Positions 30,420-40,241 of a DNA stretch of 64,000 nucleotides are shown here, piece by piece. The translations under genes were made by a program, and so were the position numbers. Under the pieces are notes generated by a model. It did no database searches and was not told the origin of the DNA. It saw only the letters and a program-made list of their open reading frames with translations. Position 1 is the first letter of the stretch. Every line of letters starts with the position of its first letter. Origin of the DNA: Spirochaetia bacterium (GTDB lineage Bacteria; Spirochaetota; Spirochaetia; UBA9216); the NCBI GenBank assembly GCA_965140585.1, contig OZ223264.1, forward strand, positions 864,001-928,000, read 5' to 3'.

Positions 30420-30722
30420 TCATCCTCCGCCGAGCAGAACCTTGAAGATAATCTTCTCACCATCTGAAACTTCAGTCCTGTCCAGTGCATAGGGGCCGAT
30501 CACCTCACCCATATACTCGGTTTTAATCGGATGCCGCATCATTTTCCTGTTATGATCGAATATTTTATCCCAAAGTTCCGGAGTCTCTTTATAAAGACTG
30601 GTAATAATATCAGCGATTGAGTCTCCTGAATTAAACTTGGTTTTTACAGTATAGGGGCCGGGTTTTTCTGTCTGAAAGTGATAGGAAAGAGGCGGATAAA
30701 TCTGAACTTCGGCTTTAGGCAT
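30420..30722 (-). CDS. MoaD/ThiS-like ubiquitin-fold protein
   Basis: 100 aa ending V.DGEKI.....GGG; GGAG RBS. Confidence 0.65.
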   Translation of the reverse strand: MPKAEVQIYPPLSYHFQTEKPGPYTVKTKFNSGDSIADIITSLYKETPELWDKIFDHNRKMMRHPIKTEYMGEVIGPYALDRTEVSDGEKIIFKVLLGGG

Positions 30723-30823
30723 TTCTGATATCTCCGGTGAGTTATCATACCAAACTTTATTAAATTTTTCATCATTAGCTATTGTTTATTAATACTCCTG
30801 AATATAGATTCAAATTATATATT

Positions 30824-32053
30824 ATGAACAGACCTACATATTTAAATATACTTATGGCTGCTACATTTCTATTCAGCCTGGCAACCGGAATGGTTAGTTT
30901 TGCAATTGTTTTTTACGTAAAGCAGCGTTTTGATGCTGATCATACTATGATAGGTATGATTACTTCAGGACAAACTCTTTTCTATATAATAGGAGTTCTT
31001 GCTTTTTCCCTTAATAAAAATACGCATCCAAGGTATTTTCTCGGTTTTTCCGCCCTTGGTATGGCTGTATTGTTAACTGTCTACCAGATTTTTCCATACT
31101 GGCGTCTCACCCTTATTTGCGGATGTCTGTACGGACTCTTTATGGCTCTTTTCTGGCCGCGAATTTCAGGCTGGGTATCCTGGGGTCTTGAGGGTAATAA
31201 CCTGAGTAAAACCATGTCCCAGTATAATTTTTCGTGGTCTACTGGGGGAATTATTGCTCCGGCAGTCAGTGGTTTTCTTACCGAGCGAAATATTGTTCTA
31301 CCATTTATTTCAACTATATTTATGCTGCTGTTTATAGGACTGCTTCTTTTTATATTTTCACGTATCTATCCGGAAATGAGAAAGGGGCAGGCGGAAATCA
31401 GAAAAGCAAGAGTAAAGGCTCTGGAAGTGGGTGAAGAACCTGCCGATACAGATCCGGAAATCGGAACCACTCAGATGACTCCGCTCAGGTTTCCTGCGAG
31501 GCTTGGTGTGATTTCGACCTTTGTAATTTCCGGGATGATAGTTTTTATTTTTCCGGCATATATGAGGGAAAGTCTTGGCTACCGGGAAGGGATAATCGGT
31601 TTTTTCCTTCTGTTCAGACAGATCTTTTCAACTGCGGGCTTTATTCTCTGGGGGAAATGGAAGGGCTGGCATTTTAAGCCGCGACTGATTCTTTTTAATC
31701 AGATACTCACTGTACTGACACTTGCCCTGCTTATGGTATCCAGGACTCCTGCAGCCCTGCTTGTTTTCTTCGGTGTGATGGGATTTAATCTCAGCTTTTC
31801 CTATACTCTGGGACAGTTTTACGGAGCAACCGGAAGTACCAACCGGGAACGCAGTATGGCTATGCATGAGGGAGTGATTAACCTGGGAATAATTGTAGGA
31901 ACGTTCTTCGGCGGAATAATCAGTGACGGGAAGGGCATGTCTGTGACGCTTTTTTCTTTCCTTATTGTCTGCACTGCCTTGCTAATCGCCCAGTTCATTC
32001 TTTTGAGATATTTTAAGAAAAAAGGACTTCTTGTATTTGTAGACATGGTATGA
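30824..32053 (+). CDS. MFS transporter
   Basis: Two 6-TM halves with a central hydrophilic loop; ATG 30824 preferred over TTG 30782. Confidence 0.82.
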   Translation: MNRPTYLNILMAATFLFSLATGMVSFAIVFYVKQRFDADHTMIGMITSGQTLFYIIGVLAFSLNKNTHPRYFLGFSALGMAVLLTVYQIFPYWRLTLICGCLYGLFMALFWPRISGWVSWGLEGNNLSKTMSQYNFSWSTGGIIAPAVSGFLTERNIVLPFISTIFMLLFIGLLLFIFSRIYPEMRKGQAEIRKARVKALEVGEEPADTDPEIGTTQMTPLRFPARLGVISTFVISGMIVFIFPAYMRESLGYREGIIGFFLLFRQIFSTAGFILWGKWKGWHFKPRLILFNQILTVLTLALLMVSRTPAALLVFFGVMGFNLSFSYTLGQFYGATGSTNRERSMAMHEGVINLGIIVGTFFGGIISDGKGMSVTLFSFLIVCTALLIAQFILLRYFKKKGLLVFVDMV

Positions 32054-32054
32054 T

Positions 32055-32921
32055 GTGAAGAGTATGAAGCTCCAGCATTACTATCTTTTTCACAGGGAGA
32101 ATCTCTATAAGGACGATATCTCATCAATTACCCTTCTTGGTGATCTGGTATGCACCCCTGACTACTACCGGGAACCGCATCATCACAGTGAGGATATTGA
32201 AATCTGCCTGATAACTGCCGGAAAAGGAAGCTTTATAATAGAAGATACCGAATATAAAGTGAAACAGGGAGACCTGTTTTTTGCCATGCCTTACCAGGTT
32301 CATCATTCAATTGCTGATCCCCACGATCCATACCGGATGTATTATCTTGCCTTTCGACTCTTTGATGATCCGGTATATAAAAAACTTTATGACGAGATGT
32401 CACATGTTACACAGCACGTGTTTACCGATCAATTCAACCTGCCTCAATATTTCAGTGCACTTATTGAAGAAGTTCTGAATAATTTTACAGCCAGAAACAA
32501 GGCTATTGAAAGTCTGTTTCATTCTATCGTTATTTTTCTTCACCGTAACTGCCTGGTCGATAAGGCAGGAATAGTCCGGGAATACAGCAGCAAGCAGCTT
32601 CTTATCCAGAAGATTACGACATACATCGATTCTAATATACACCAGAAATTCTACCTCGATGACATAGCAAATGAACTGGGCTACTCCTCATACTACATCA
32701 GCCGTGTTTTTAAAGAGCAGATGGATATGCCGCTTTCGGGATACTGGAACAGGGCCAAGATCCTGAGAGCCCGATACCTGCTTAAAAATAATCCTGAAAT
32801 GACGCTGCTTGAGGCTTCTGAACGGGTCGGTATCGATGACTATCACTACTTTTCAAGACTATACAAGCAGATTACCGGACTTTCACCCACAGCCGACCGC
32901 AAAATAATCCAAGAAACCTGA
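32055..32921 (+). CDS. AraC family regulator with N-terminal cupin sensor
   Basis: HHH..IEI...G.G, GDLFF..P..H; YISRVFKE, YFSRLYKQITG.SP. Confidence 0.9.
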   Translation: MKSMKLQHYYLFHRENLYKDDISSITLLGDLVCTPDYYREPHHHSEDIEICLITAGKGSFIIEDTEYKVKQGDLFFAMPYQVHHSIADPHDPYRMYYLAFRLFDDPVYKKLYDEMSHVTQHVFTDQFNLPQYFSALIEEVLNNFTARNKAIESLFHSIVIFLHRNCLVDKAGIVREYSSKQLLIQKITTYIDSNIHQKFYLDDIANELGYSSYYISRVFKEQMDMPLSGYWNRAKILRARYLLKNNPEMTLLEASERVGIDDYHYFSRLYKQITGLSPTADRKIIQET

Positions 32922-33011
32922 CAAAACAGTCTAACGACAACCCGCAGATCCTGAACGATAATTAAACTAAATAATGAAATAATTGTTAAGAATGCAGTCC
33001 GGAGGCGAGGT

Positions 33012-34874
33012 ATGAGCGAAATAGAGGTGTGGAAGGATCTTATAGGGGATGCCGATTCCGGCAATTCTGTTTATATAAACAGGGTTAGAAAATGCTTCAC
33101 TGATATGGACAATAAGCAGACTGTGAATATAAGCCTGCTTTTAACTGCTCTTGAAGGTGAAAACCGCTCACGCTTTGATATAATTCTGCCGGATCCCGAA
33201 GCAGTGGAATCTGAGTTGGCAGATCTATCCCGCCGTTATCTGTACGCTGAAGTCTATAATATCCTTTCGTCACTTGGCGGCAGAATGCTTGAGATCTTCT
33301 ATGACAAGGCAAACCGCAGCCTTGATGCTCTGTGCTCCTCACTTGATGAGGCCTTCGGCATCAGTTTAAGCCGGAAAGACAGGCCTGGTTACGGCAGATG
33401 CGTAAATGTAATTGACCGCATGCTTGCCGCCCTTTCTTCAGATAATGAGCGTTTCAGTTTTGTTTATTCGGATATCAGCACTCTCGGTAATCCATCACCT
33501 GTATCTTCTGAATCCGGCAGAGAATCAGGGCTTGTTATATTCAGACGAGCTGTCGATGGCCTTGAGGGAAAGCTGCTCTGCGGAATTGATGTAGGCGGGA
33601 CCGATATCAAGCTGGCCGTTGTCTATGACGGACGGGTGATTGCTTTCAAAGAATACGACTGGTTTCCGGCTGTTTTTAAACAGTCGAAGCAGCTTGTTGA
33701 ACCTGTAGTCCTGCTTACAAGAATGCTCCGTAATATTTTCATACTTACTCATGTGCATGATAAAGTCCCGGTCGAGCTCAAGGTTCGAATTGCCGATGTT
33801 CTCAGACGCGAAGCTTCGGAGACGGAAATGTCTGTATTTTGTGATGATGCCGAATCCTTTCTGAAGGATCACATCATTAACTTTGACGGAATAGGCCTTT
33901 GCTTTCCTGATGTCGTAATCAGGGACAAGGTTGTAGGCGGTGAGGTCTACAAGACCAGAGGAATAAGGAATAACCCCGAGATAGATTATGAGGATGATTT
34001 TACAAGCCTTACGGATCTTAATGTGCGGCTTGAGCAGTACTGCTCAAAGCCCGGGGCTGTCAGCATGATAAATGACGGACCGATGGCGGCCTTCACTGCT
34101 GCCGTTGAAATGGCTGCTTCGGATAAGGCTCCGATGGTTGAAAAGGGTGTATTTGCCCATACTCTTGGAACAGAGCTTGGTACAGGCTGGGTCCGTGAGG
34201 ATGGTACAATACCTGATATACCGCTTGAAGTGTACAACTTTATAATCGATCTCGGATGTGTACCGGAACAGCAGTACCATCCGGACGATCTTAGAAGTGT
34301 GAATAATTTCAACACAGGGCTTTCCGGAACGCTTCAGAAATATACAAGCCAGAGCGGTGTCTTCAGGCTGGCGGTAAAATACTTTCCGGCAGAACGTCCC
34401 GACCTTTACAGGGAGCTTGAAGAAAAGGGCTATGTACAGGCTGTTCAGATTGACGGGGAAAGCAGACTGATTGTTCCAACTGAGCCGGAAGATATGAGAA
34501 AGGCTTTTCTTGAGCACATGATGATGCTTGCAGAAAGGGAAAAAGATGAAACCAACCGTAAAATCTGGCTTGAAATTGGTTCTGCACTTGGAGTCACCTG
34601 GATTGAAACCGAACGTATCCTGCACCCGGCTGCAAAAACGCGGTTTCAGTTCGGCCGTCTTGTTAAACGGAAGGTTTGCTATGACCTTCTTCTGGAGGGA
34701 GCAAAAACAATTGTTCCGGAGATTGAGTTTGAAATAGCAGACTCAACTCTGGCCAATACAAGCCTTATGAAACAGCTTGAGGAGGATCGGGACTATACGG
34801 TTGCCCAGTTTGCACAGGCTGTTGGAGCAATTTATTATGCCAATGAATGCCTGACCGGAAAAGGCCTGGTATAA
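33012..34874 (+). CDS. Divergent ROK/ASKHA-fold sugar kinase-like protein with ~185-aa N-terminal extension
   Basis: GIDVGGTDIK phosphate-1 motif, GIGLCFPDVV, INDGPMAA, HTLGTELGTG, GTLQKYTS, AQAVGA. No Cys-rich zinc motif and no HTH recognised. Confidence 0.7.
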   Translation: MSEIEVWKDLIGDADSGNSVYINRVRKCFTDMDNKQTVNISLLLTALEGENRSRFDIILPDPEAVESELADLSRRYLYAEVYNILSSLGGRMLEIFYDKANRSLDALCSSLDEAFGISLSRKDRPGYGRCVNVIDRMLAALSSDNERFSFVYSDISTLGNPSPVSSESGRESGLVIFRRAVDGLEGKLLCGIDVGGTDIKLAVVYDGRVIAFKEYDWFPAVFKQSKQLVEPVVLLTRMLRNIFILTHVHDKVPVELKVRIADVLRREASETEMSVFCDDAESFLKDHIINFDGIGLCFPDVVIRDKVVGGEVYKTRGIRNNPEIDYEDDFTSLTDLNVRLEQYCSKPGAVSMINDGPMAAFTAAVEMAASDKAPMVEKGVFAHTLGTELGTGWVREDGTIPDIPLEVYNFIIDLGCVPEQQYHPDDLRSVNNFNTGLSGTLQKYTSQSGVFRLAVKYFPAERPDLYRELEEKGYVQAVQIDGESRLIVPTEPEDMRKAFLEHMMMLAEREKDETNRKIWLEIGSALGVTWIETERILHPAAKTRFQFGRLVKRKVCYDLLLEGAKTIVPEIEFEIADSTLANTSLMKQLEEDRDYTVAQFAQAVGAIYYANECLTGKGLV

Positions 34875-34887
34875 GGAGGAATCAGCA

Positions 34888-37278
34888 ATGAACAGCAATG
34901 ACAGAAGCAGATATGTAAAAGAAATAAAGGGTCTGGACTTATCAGGACGGATAGGAAAGTTAAAAGAATTGATGCTCGATGAACCGCGTTATCTTTCCAT
35001 AGAACAGGCCCTGATTGTTACCTCTGTTTACAAGAAAAATGAGGATAAACCGGTAGAAATTAAACGGGCTATGGCGCTAGCTGCAGCCCTCGAAAAGATT
35101 GATATAAGAATTGATGTAGGTGAGCTTATAGTTGGAAACCGCACCGCAGGTGTCCGGGCCGGAGTTGTTTCTCCTGATGCAGGAATTTCCTGGATAGACC
35201 GTGAAATAGAGCATCTGCACGACCGGCCACAGGACCGCTTTAATGTTCACCCTGAAGATATTGAATTGTTCAGAAAAGAGATTTTGCCCTACTGGAAGGG
35301 CAGGAGTCTTGAAGATCTTATTTACAGCAGTATCGGGGACGAGGTTTCGGCTATCGGTAAGGTTGCAAAGATAAACCAGAAAGATCACGCCCAGGGCCAT
35401 ATATGCCCGGATACTGAAAACTGGATTGCCAGAGGGCCTGCAGGGCTGCTTGAAGAAGCAAGGCTTAATGCCATGAATGCTTCCGATAAAAACAGGAATT
35501 TTTATACAGCAGTCGAAACTGTACTTACTGGCACTATCAGTTTTATTCTCCGTTATGCGGATGAGGCTGAGAGGCTGGCCTCTGAAGCTTCCGATGGAAA
35601 GATTAAGGCTGATTTTGCAGAAGTTGCACGAATCTGCCGTAAACTTGCATCTGAACCGGCTGGCAGCTTTCATGAGGCGCTTCAGTCTATGTGGTTTCTG
35701 TATGTAATACTTCAGATGGAATCAAATGCCTCATCCTTCTCTCCCGGCCGCGCCGATCAGTATCTCTACCCCTACTGGAAAAAGGATATGGACAAGGGTG
35801 ATATTGATTACGCACGATCTCTTGAACTGGTTGAGGCGCTCTGGCTGAAGTTTAATCAGATTGTATACCTGCGTAATTCAGGGAGTGCCCGCTACTTCGC
35901 CGGATTCCCAATAGGGTTTAATGTAGCTCTGGGCGGACAGACCTCTTCCGGTGAGGACTCATCCAATGAGCTTTCGTTCCTGTTTCTGAAGGCGCAGGAA
36001 CATATCGGCCTTCCCCAGCCGAACCTCTCTGCCAGGCTGTTCAAGGGCAGTCCCGATGACCTGGTTGATGAGTGTGCCAGGGTAATAGGGAAGGGCAGCG
36101 GAATGCCCCAGATCTTCAATGATGAAAGCATTATCCTGGCACTGATGAACCAGGGGATTGAACCCGATGATGCCAGAAATTACGCTATTGTCGGCTGCGT
36201 TGAGCTAACGACTCACGGCAACAACCTTGGCTGGAGTGATGCCGCGATGTTTAATCTGAACAAGGCTCTGGAACTTACGCTCAACAACGGCATCTGTCTT
36301 TTAACCGGTGATAAAATCGGTATGGACCTCGGTTCACTTGCTGATTATAAAACCTATGAAGAGCTGGAGGCTGCGTATACAAAGCAGCTTGATTATTTTA
36401 TAGACCGGATGATGCTGATGTGCGATCGGGTTGACCGTTTTCATGCAGAGGTTGTCCCCTCGGCGTTTCTGTCCTCTGTGATCGATAACTGCCTGGAAAA
36501 GGGAGTGGATGTCACTGCGGGAGGAGCCCGCTACAACCTGTCAGGTATTCAGGCCATCCAGGTAGCAAACCTTGCCGACAGCTTTGCAGTAATCAAGAAG
36601 CTTGTTTATGATGAAAAAAGCGTAAGCGGTGAGCAGCTGCTGAAAGCACTTCAGACCAACTGGGAATCCGACGAGGTTCTCAGGCAGAGAGTTCTCAACA
36701 GGGTTCCGAAATATGGAAATGATGAAGAATGGGTTGATGCAATAGGCGCCAAATGGGTTAATTACTTTGCCGGCCGTATGGGAGAGTTTACCAATGCCCG
36801 CGGCGGCCGATATCATACCGGTTTGTATACAGTTTCGGCCCATGTCCCGATGGGGCAGAATGTAGGAGCATCACCGGACGGGCGCCTTGCAAAGGATCCA
36901 CTTGCAGACGGAGGCATGTCGGCAATGTACGGCCGCGACATCGAGGGCCCCACAGCCCTGCTGAAGTCTGTATCAAGAATACCCGCAGCCTGCGGAAGCA
37001 ACGGAACCCTGCTTAATATGAAATTCCTTCCGGAGTTTTTTCATACTGAGGACGGCATCAGAAAGTTCAACGGCTTTCTGAGAACCTTCGTCCGGCTGAA
37101 TATAAACCACATCCAGTTCAACGTTCTGCGGAAGGAAGACCTGATAGCCGCCAGGGAGACTCCCGAGAAGTACCGGAGCATGACTGTCCGTGTAGCCGGC
37201 TATACAGCCTATTTTACCGAGCTTGCCGGCGACCTCCAGGAGGAGATAATAGCCCGTACAAGCTACGGTGATGCATAG
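34888..37278 (+). CDS. pflD: Glycyl radical enzyme, PflD clade
   Basis: Single-Cys loop GCVE and glycyl loop RVAGY. Blocks RPQDRF, INQ.D..QGH, ESNASS.S.GR.DQY, SARYFAGFP, LPQPNL, PQIFNDE and YTVSAHVP match E. coli PflD as recalled. Confidence 0.85.
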   Translation: MNSNDRSRYVKEIKGLDLSGRIGKLKELMLDEPRYLSIEQALIVTSVYKKNEDKPVEIKRAMALAAALEKIDIRIDVGELIVGNRTAGVRAGVVSPDAGISWIDREIEHLHDRPQDRFNVHPEDIELFRKEILPYWKGRSLEDLIYSSIGDEVSAIGKVAKINQKDHAQGHICPDTENWIARGPAGLLEEARLNAMNASDKNRNFYTAVETVLTGTISFILRYADEAERLASEASDGKIKADFAEVARICRKLASEPAGSFHEALQSMWFLYVILQMESNASSFSPGRADQYLYPYWKKDMDKGDIDYARSLELVEALWLKFNQIVYLRNSGSARYFAGFPIGFNVALGGQTSSGEDSSNELSFLFLKAQEHIGLPQPNLSARLFKGSPDDLVDECARVIGKGSGMPQIFNDESIILALMNQGIEPDDARNYAIVGCVELTTHGNNLGWSDAAMFNLNKALELTLNNGICLLTGDKIGMDLGSLADYKTYEELEAAYTKQLDYFIDRMMLMCDRVDRFHAEVVPSAFLSSVIDNCLEKGVDVTAGGARYNLSGIQAIQVANLADSFAVIKKLVYDEKSVSGEQLLKALQTNWESDEVLRQRVLNRVPKYGNDEEWVDAIGAKWVNYFAGRMGEFTNARGGRYHTGLYTVSAHVPMGQNVGASPDGRLAKDPLADGGMSAMYGRDIEGPTALLKSVSRIPAACGSNGTLLNMKFLPEFFHTEDGIRKFNGFLRTFVRLNINHIQFNVLRKEDLIAARETPEKYRSMTVRVAGYTAYFTELAGDLQEEIIARTSYGDA

Positions 37279-37290
37279 GAAGCCGTTTTA

Positions 37291-38043
37291 TCAGCCGCCC
37301 ATATGCTGCGGGGTAAGCGATTCAAGCTCTATGCCCCTGTTCACTGCTTCTGCTGCATCTGTCAGGATAGCGGCGGTTGCAGTGGCTCCGGCCCGTATTA
37401 CACCGATTGAGCGGACGTAAAGAAGGTCTTTCAGGGTTCTGACTCCGCCTGCAGCCTTTATCTGAATGCTGCTGTCTGTGTTCGCCCGCATCAGTTTCAG
37501 ATGAGCTTCGGTGGCGCCCTTGTAGGTGTAGAATCCGTTGTCCTGTTTTACAAATCCGTAGCCGGTACTTGTTTTTACAAAGGCAGGTTTAACTTCACTG
37601 CAGATCCGGCAGAGCTGAATTATCGTTTCATCATCAAGATAATCGTTCTCAAAAATCACTTTCAGATACGCGCCACCGGTTACCGCAGCCTCATTAACAG
37701 CGGCAATTTCATCTTTTACAAAGCTCCATTCTTTGCCCAGGGCCTTGCCGATATTTATTACCATGTCAATTTCTGCAGCTCCATCGGCACATGCTCGGGC
37801 TGTTTCAGCAACCTTGATTTCAGTACTGCTGTTTCCATGGGGGAAGCCGATTACAGTTCCGACGGCCACATCTGTGTCCGCAAGTATTTCAACCGCGAGT
37901 GAAACTGCATACGGCTTGATGCATACCGATGCGGTATCATAATTTGCTGCAACTTCGCATTCTTTTCTTAGTATTTCATCAGTCATTGTCGGGTGAAGCA
38001 GTGAGTGGTCTATCATCTTTGCCAGATCTTTTACACTTATCAT
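37291..38043 (-). CDS. deoC: Deoxyribose-phosphate aldolase family
   Basis: IDHSLL.P, TVIGFPHG, EIDMVINIG, KVIFE, FVKTSTG, IKAAGGVRT. Confidence 0.9.
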   Translation of the reverse strand: MISVKDLAKMIDHSLLHPTMTDEILRKECEVAANYDTASVCIKPYAVSLAVEILADTDVAVGTVIGFPHGNSSTEIKVAETARACADGAAEIDMVINIGKALGKEWSFVKDEIAAVNEAAVTGGAYLKVIFENDYLDDETIIQLCRICSEVKPAFVKTSTGYGFVKQDNGFYTYKGATEAHLKLMRANTDSSIQIKAAGGVRTLKDLLYVRSIGVIRAGATATAAILTDAAEAVNRGIELESLTPQHMGG

Positions 38044-38213
38044 CTATATCCTCCGGTATAGTATTAATAATATCGGTACTCTTTTAAATCGAGAATGTGC
38101 AGACAGGAAAATGGCATATCAATTCGGGCAAAACGGGTTATAATGAGTTGATGGTTGCCGAGATAAATAATTTTTACAGAAAAGACTATGTTCGCAGAGC
38201 CGGTGTTGTGGAT

Positions 38214-39020
38214 ATGTATAAGGAGATAAAGCCGTCTTTTCTTGATTTTCACAGAATGACGGTCAGCAGGGATTATGAATATCCGGGACATCAGCATGAA
38301 AATTATGAGCTTATCTGGGTTGAGCACGGACCCTATATGTTCAGTCTCAATCATCAGGAGCTTGAAATAAGAAATAATATGTTTGTTGTAATCAAGCCCG
38401 GTGATCTTCATCAGGATCATCTGAAAAAAGGTCAGTCTCACTTTGTACTCCATTTTTCTCTCAACGAACCACTTTTTTCTCCCCTGGTAACAGCTCCGGA
38501 GCAGATAGGTGCTTCGATCCTTGACGGAGCTGCGAGTATCCTGAATGATATGGAGCAGGAAGCCTCTGTTTCAGGAAATACCGACCGCTTTTCCGGAGCT
38601 CTTCAGGATTCCCTGTTGGAAACCCTCTTCTGGCACATCGCGAGAATTTTGCCTGAAACATCCCTGTCTGAGGTGTTTAGAAATTATTCAGACCGGCAGC
38701 TTTTTGTTTCCAGACTGTATTCTGTTTTCAAAGAAAAACTGAATCAACCGTTGGGAGTTGAAGAGATAGCCGGGAAAATGGGCATTTCAAAAAGGGCATT
38801 GTCGATGAAATGCAGTGAGTACCTCAACAGTTCACCGGCCCGGCTGTATCTGGAATCACGATTTCAGAAGGCGGAGACTCTTCTGAGGCATAGTGATAAA
38901 ACAGTTAAAGAAATAAGTATTGAGCTGGGATTTGATTCTCCGTTTAACTTTACACGTGCATATAAGCGGGTGAGGGGCCTTACACCTTCCGAGTTCAGGG
39001 AACTGAATGATTTTTCCTGA
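38214..39020 (+). CDS. AraC family regulator with cupin sensor, divergent from deoC
   Basis: HQH..YELI, PGDLHQD, ISIELGF.SPFNFTRAYKR..G.TPSEFR. Start uncertain (the frame is open from 38097). Confidence 0.85.
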   Translation: MYKEIKPSFLDFHRMTVSRDYEYPGHQHENYELIWVEHGPYMFSLNHQELEIRNNMFVVIKPGDLHQDHLKKGQSHFVLHFSLNEPLFSPLVTAPEQIGASILDGAASILNDMEQEASVSGNTDRFSGALQDSLLETLFWHIARILPETSLSEVFRNYSDRQLFVSRLYSVFKEKLNQPLGVEEIAGKMGISKRALSMKCSEYLNSSPARLYLESRFQKAETLLRHSDKTVKEISIELGFDSPFNFTRAYKRVRGLTPSEFRELNDFS

Positions 39021-39045
39021 TAAGCATTAAGTATCAACAATAAAT

Positions 39046-40011
39046 TTAAAGAAGCGCTGAACTCTTTCTTTTGATTATCTCCCTGGCCGTTGCTTCATCG
39101 GTTATCAGAGATTTTATATAATTCTGCGAGGCTGCGCTTATTATTGCATCAGCCTTTCGCATCCCGCTGGCGATTGCTATAACGTTCGGAATCTGCTGCA
39201 GCGTTTCAAGATCCATACTGGTCATCATATAATTTTCAGGCATTTTGAGTATTTCGTGATCATCGTAGAATACATGACCAAGCAGATTCCCGTGCGGTTT
39301 AGAAAAAGCCCTGCTTGTATCGATTTCCCTGCCAAAAAAAGATACCTCTTCCAGATATGGATAATCAATATTCAGGGGGCCTCCCACTGAAAGCACCACT
39401 GTATCAAGCTGACTGTATGACTGAAGCAGTTCCTTATGCCGGTTAAGGTCCAGATCCGTCATCAGGTTGCGGTTAATGCAGATTGGAAAGTTGTTGTAAT
39501 GACATGCTCCACCGAACGGCCTTGCAAATGAGTCAAGAAGCACTCCTGCCTGGAGGTAGGTATTGTCTGTTCCGGAGGTTCCGACTATAGAGTAAAAATC
39601 AGGAGGCTGAGGGAGACTTTGTTTTGTAAGCTGTGAAGCGGTGTGATACAGGGTTTTCCCGAGACCGATACCTATACGTCTGCTTTTGAGCAGTACCTCT
39701 TCAAGACGCCGGGCGGCAAAAAAATACATTGATTCATCCGGATTCCCTTCAGAGGACAGACTGGGGGCGATAAATACATCTGCAAGGTTCAGTGAAGAGC
39801 ATAACTGTTCAGACAATGTTTCCAGATCCTGATCTTCAGGGGCTGCAATTTTTATGCTGACAAAGCCCAGCTCTCTCGCCATTTTAAGGATCCGTGAAAT
39901 CTGGGATCTGTGAATATTCTCTTTATCAGCTATTTCCTGCTGGCTCAGACGATCAAGATAGTAATCCTTTGCAATCCTGAGTATTACCATCTTGTCAACG
40001 TTCAGCGTCAT
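39046..40011 (-). CDS. SorC/DeoR(Bs)-type sugar-binding transcriptional regulator
   Basis: IAKDYY...SQQEIA....HRSQISRIL..ARE.G.V.I.I; IGIGLGKTL; IAIASG.RK..AI, LITDE.TA. Confidence 0.9.
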   Translation of the reverse strand: MTLNVDKMVILRIAKDYYLDRLSQQEIADKENIHRSQISRILKMARELGFVSIKIAAPEDQDLETLSEQLCSSLNLADVFIAPSLSSEGNPDESMYFFAARRLEEVLLKSRRIGIGLGKTLYHTASQLTKQSLPQPPDFYSIVGTSGTDNTYLQAGVLLDSFARPFGGACHYNNFPICINRNLMTDLDLNRHKELLQSYSQLDTVVLSVGGPLNIDYPYLEEVSFFGREIDTSRAFSKPHGNLLGHVFYDDHEILKMPENYMMTSMDLETLQQIPNVIAIASGMRKADAIISAASQNYIKSLITDEATAREIIKRKSSALL

Positions 40012-40052
40012 CAGCGCTCCTTAATGTGCAATCCGGATTTGAAATCTTATAA

Positions 40053-40180
40053 TCACATTTGTGACTTGTCAAGCTTGGATGGAATTCAGTCTTTTATCCT
40101 GAAAGTTTTAATTGACTTGTGCAGGATGTTGATTTATTATTTTGATAAATTGAAATAACATATGTGAATCACAAATGTGA
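40053..40180. promoter_or_regulatory. Three palindromic T(C/A)ACA-WW-TGTGA boxes in the divergent promoter
   Basis: TCACATTTGTGA 40053-40064, TAACATATGTGA 40156-40167, TCACAAATGTGA 40169-40180. Confidence 0.6.
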
Positions 40181-40241
40181 ATAGCTGCAACACTAAATAA
40201 CAGCAGCAAAACAGGGAGAAGATTAAAAACGGGAGTGGGGT

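Noticed and set aside
34888-37278. Pyruvate formate-lyase, CutC or a microcompartment-associated GRE
   Set aside because: It has a single-Cys GCVE loop rather than the PFL Cys-Cys pair, carries PflD-like blocks, and no shell-protein genes are present.
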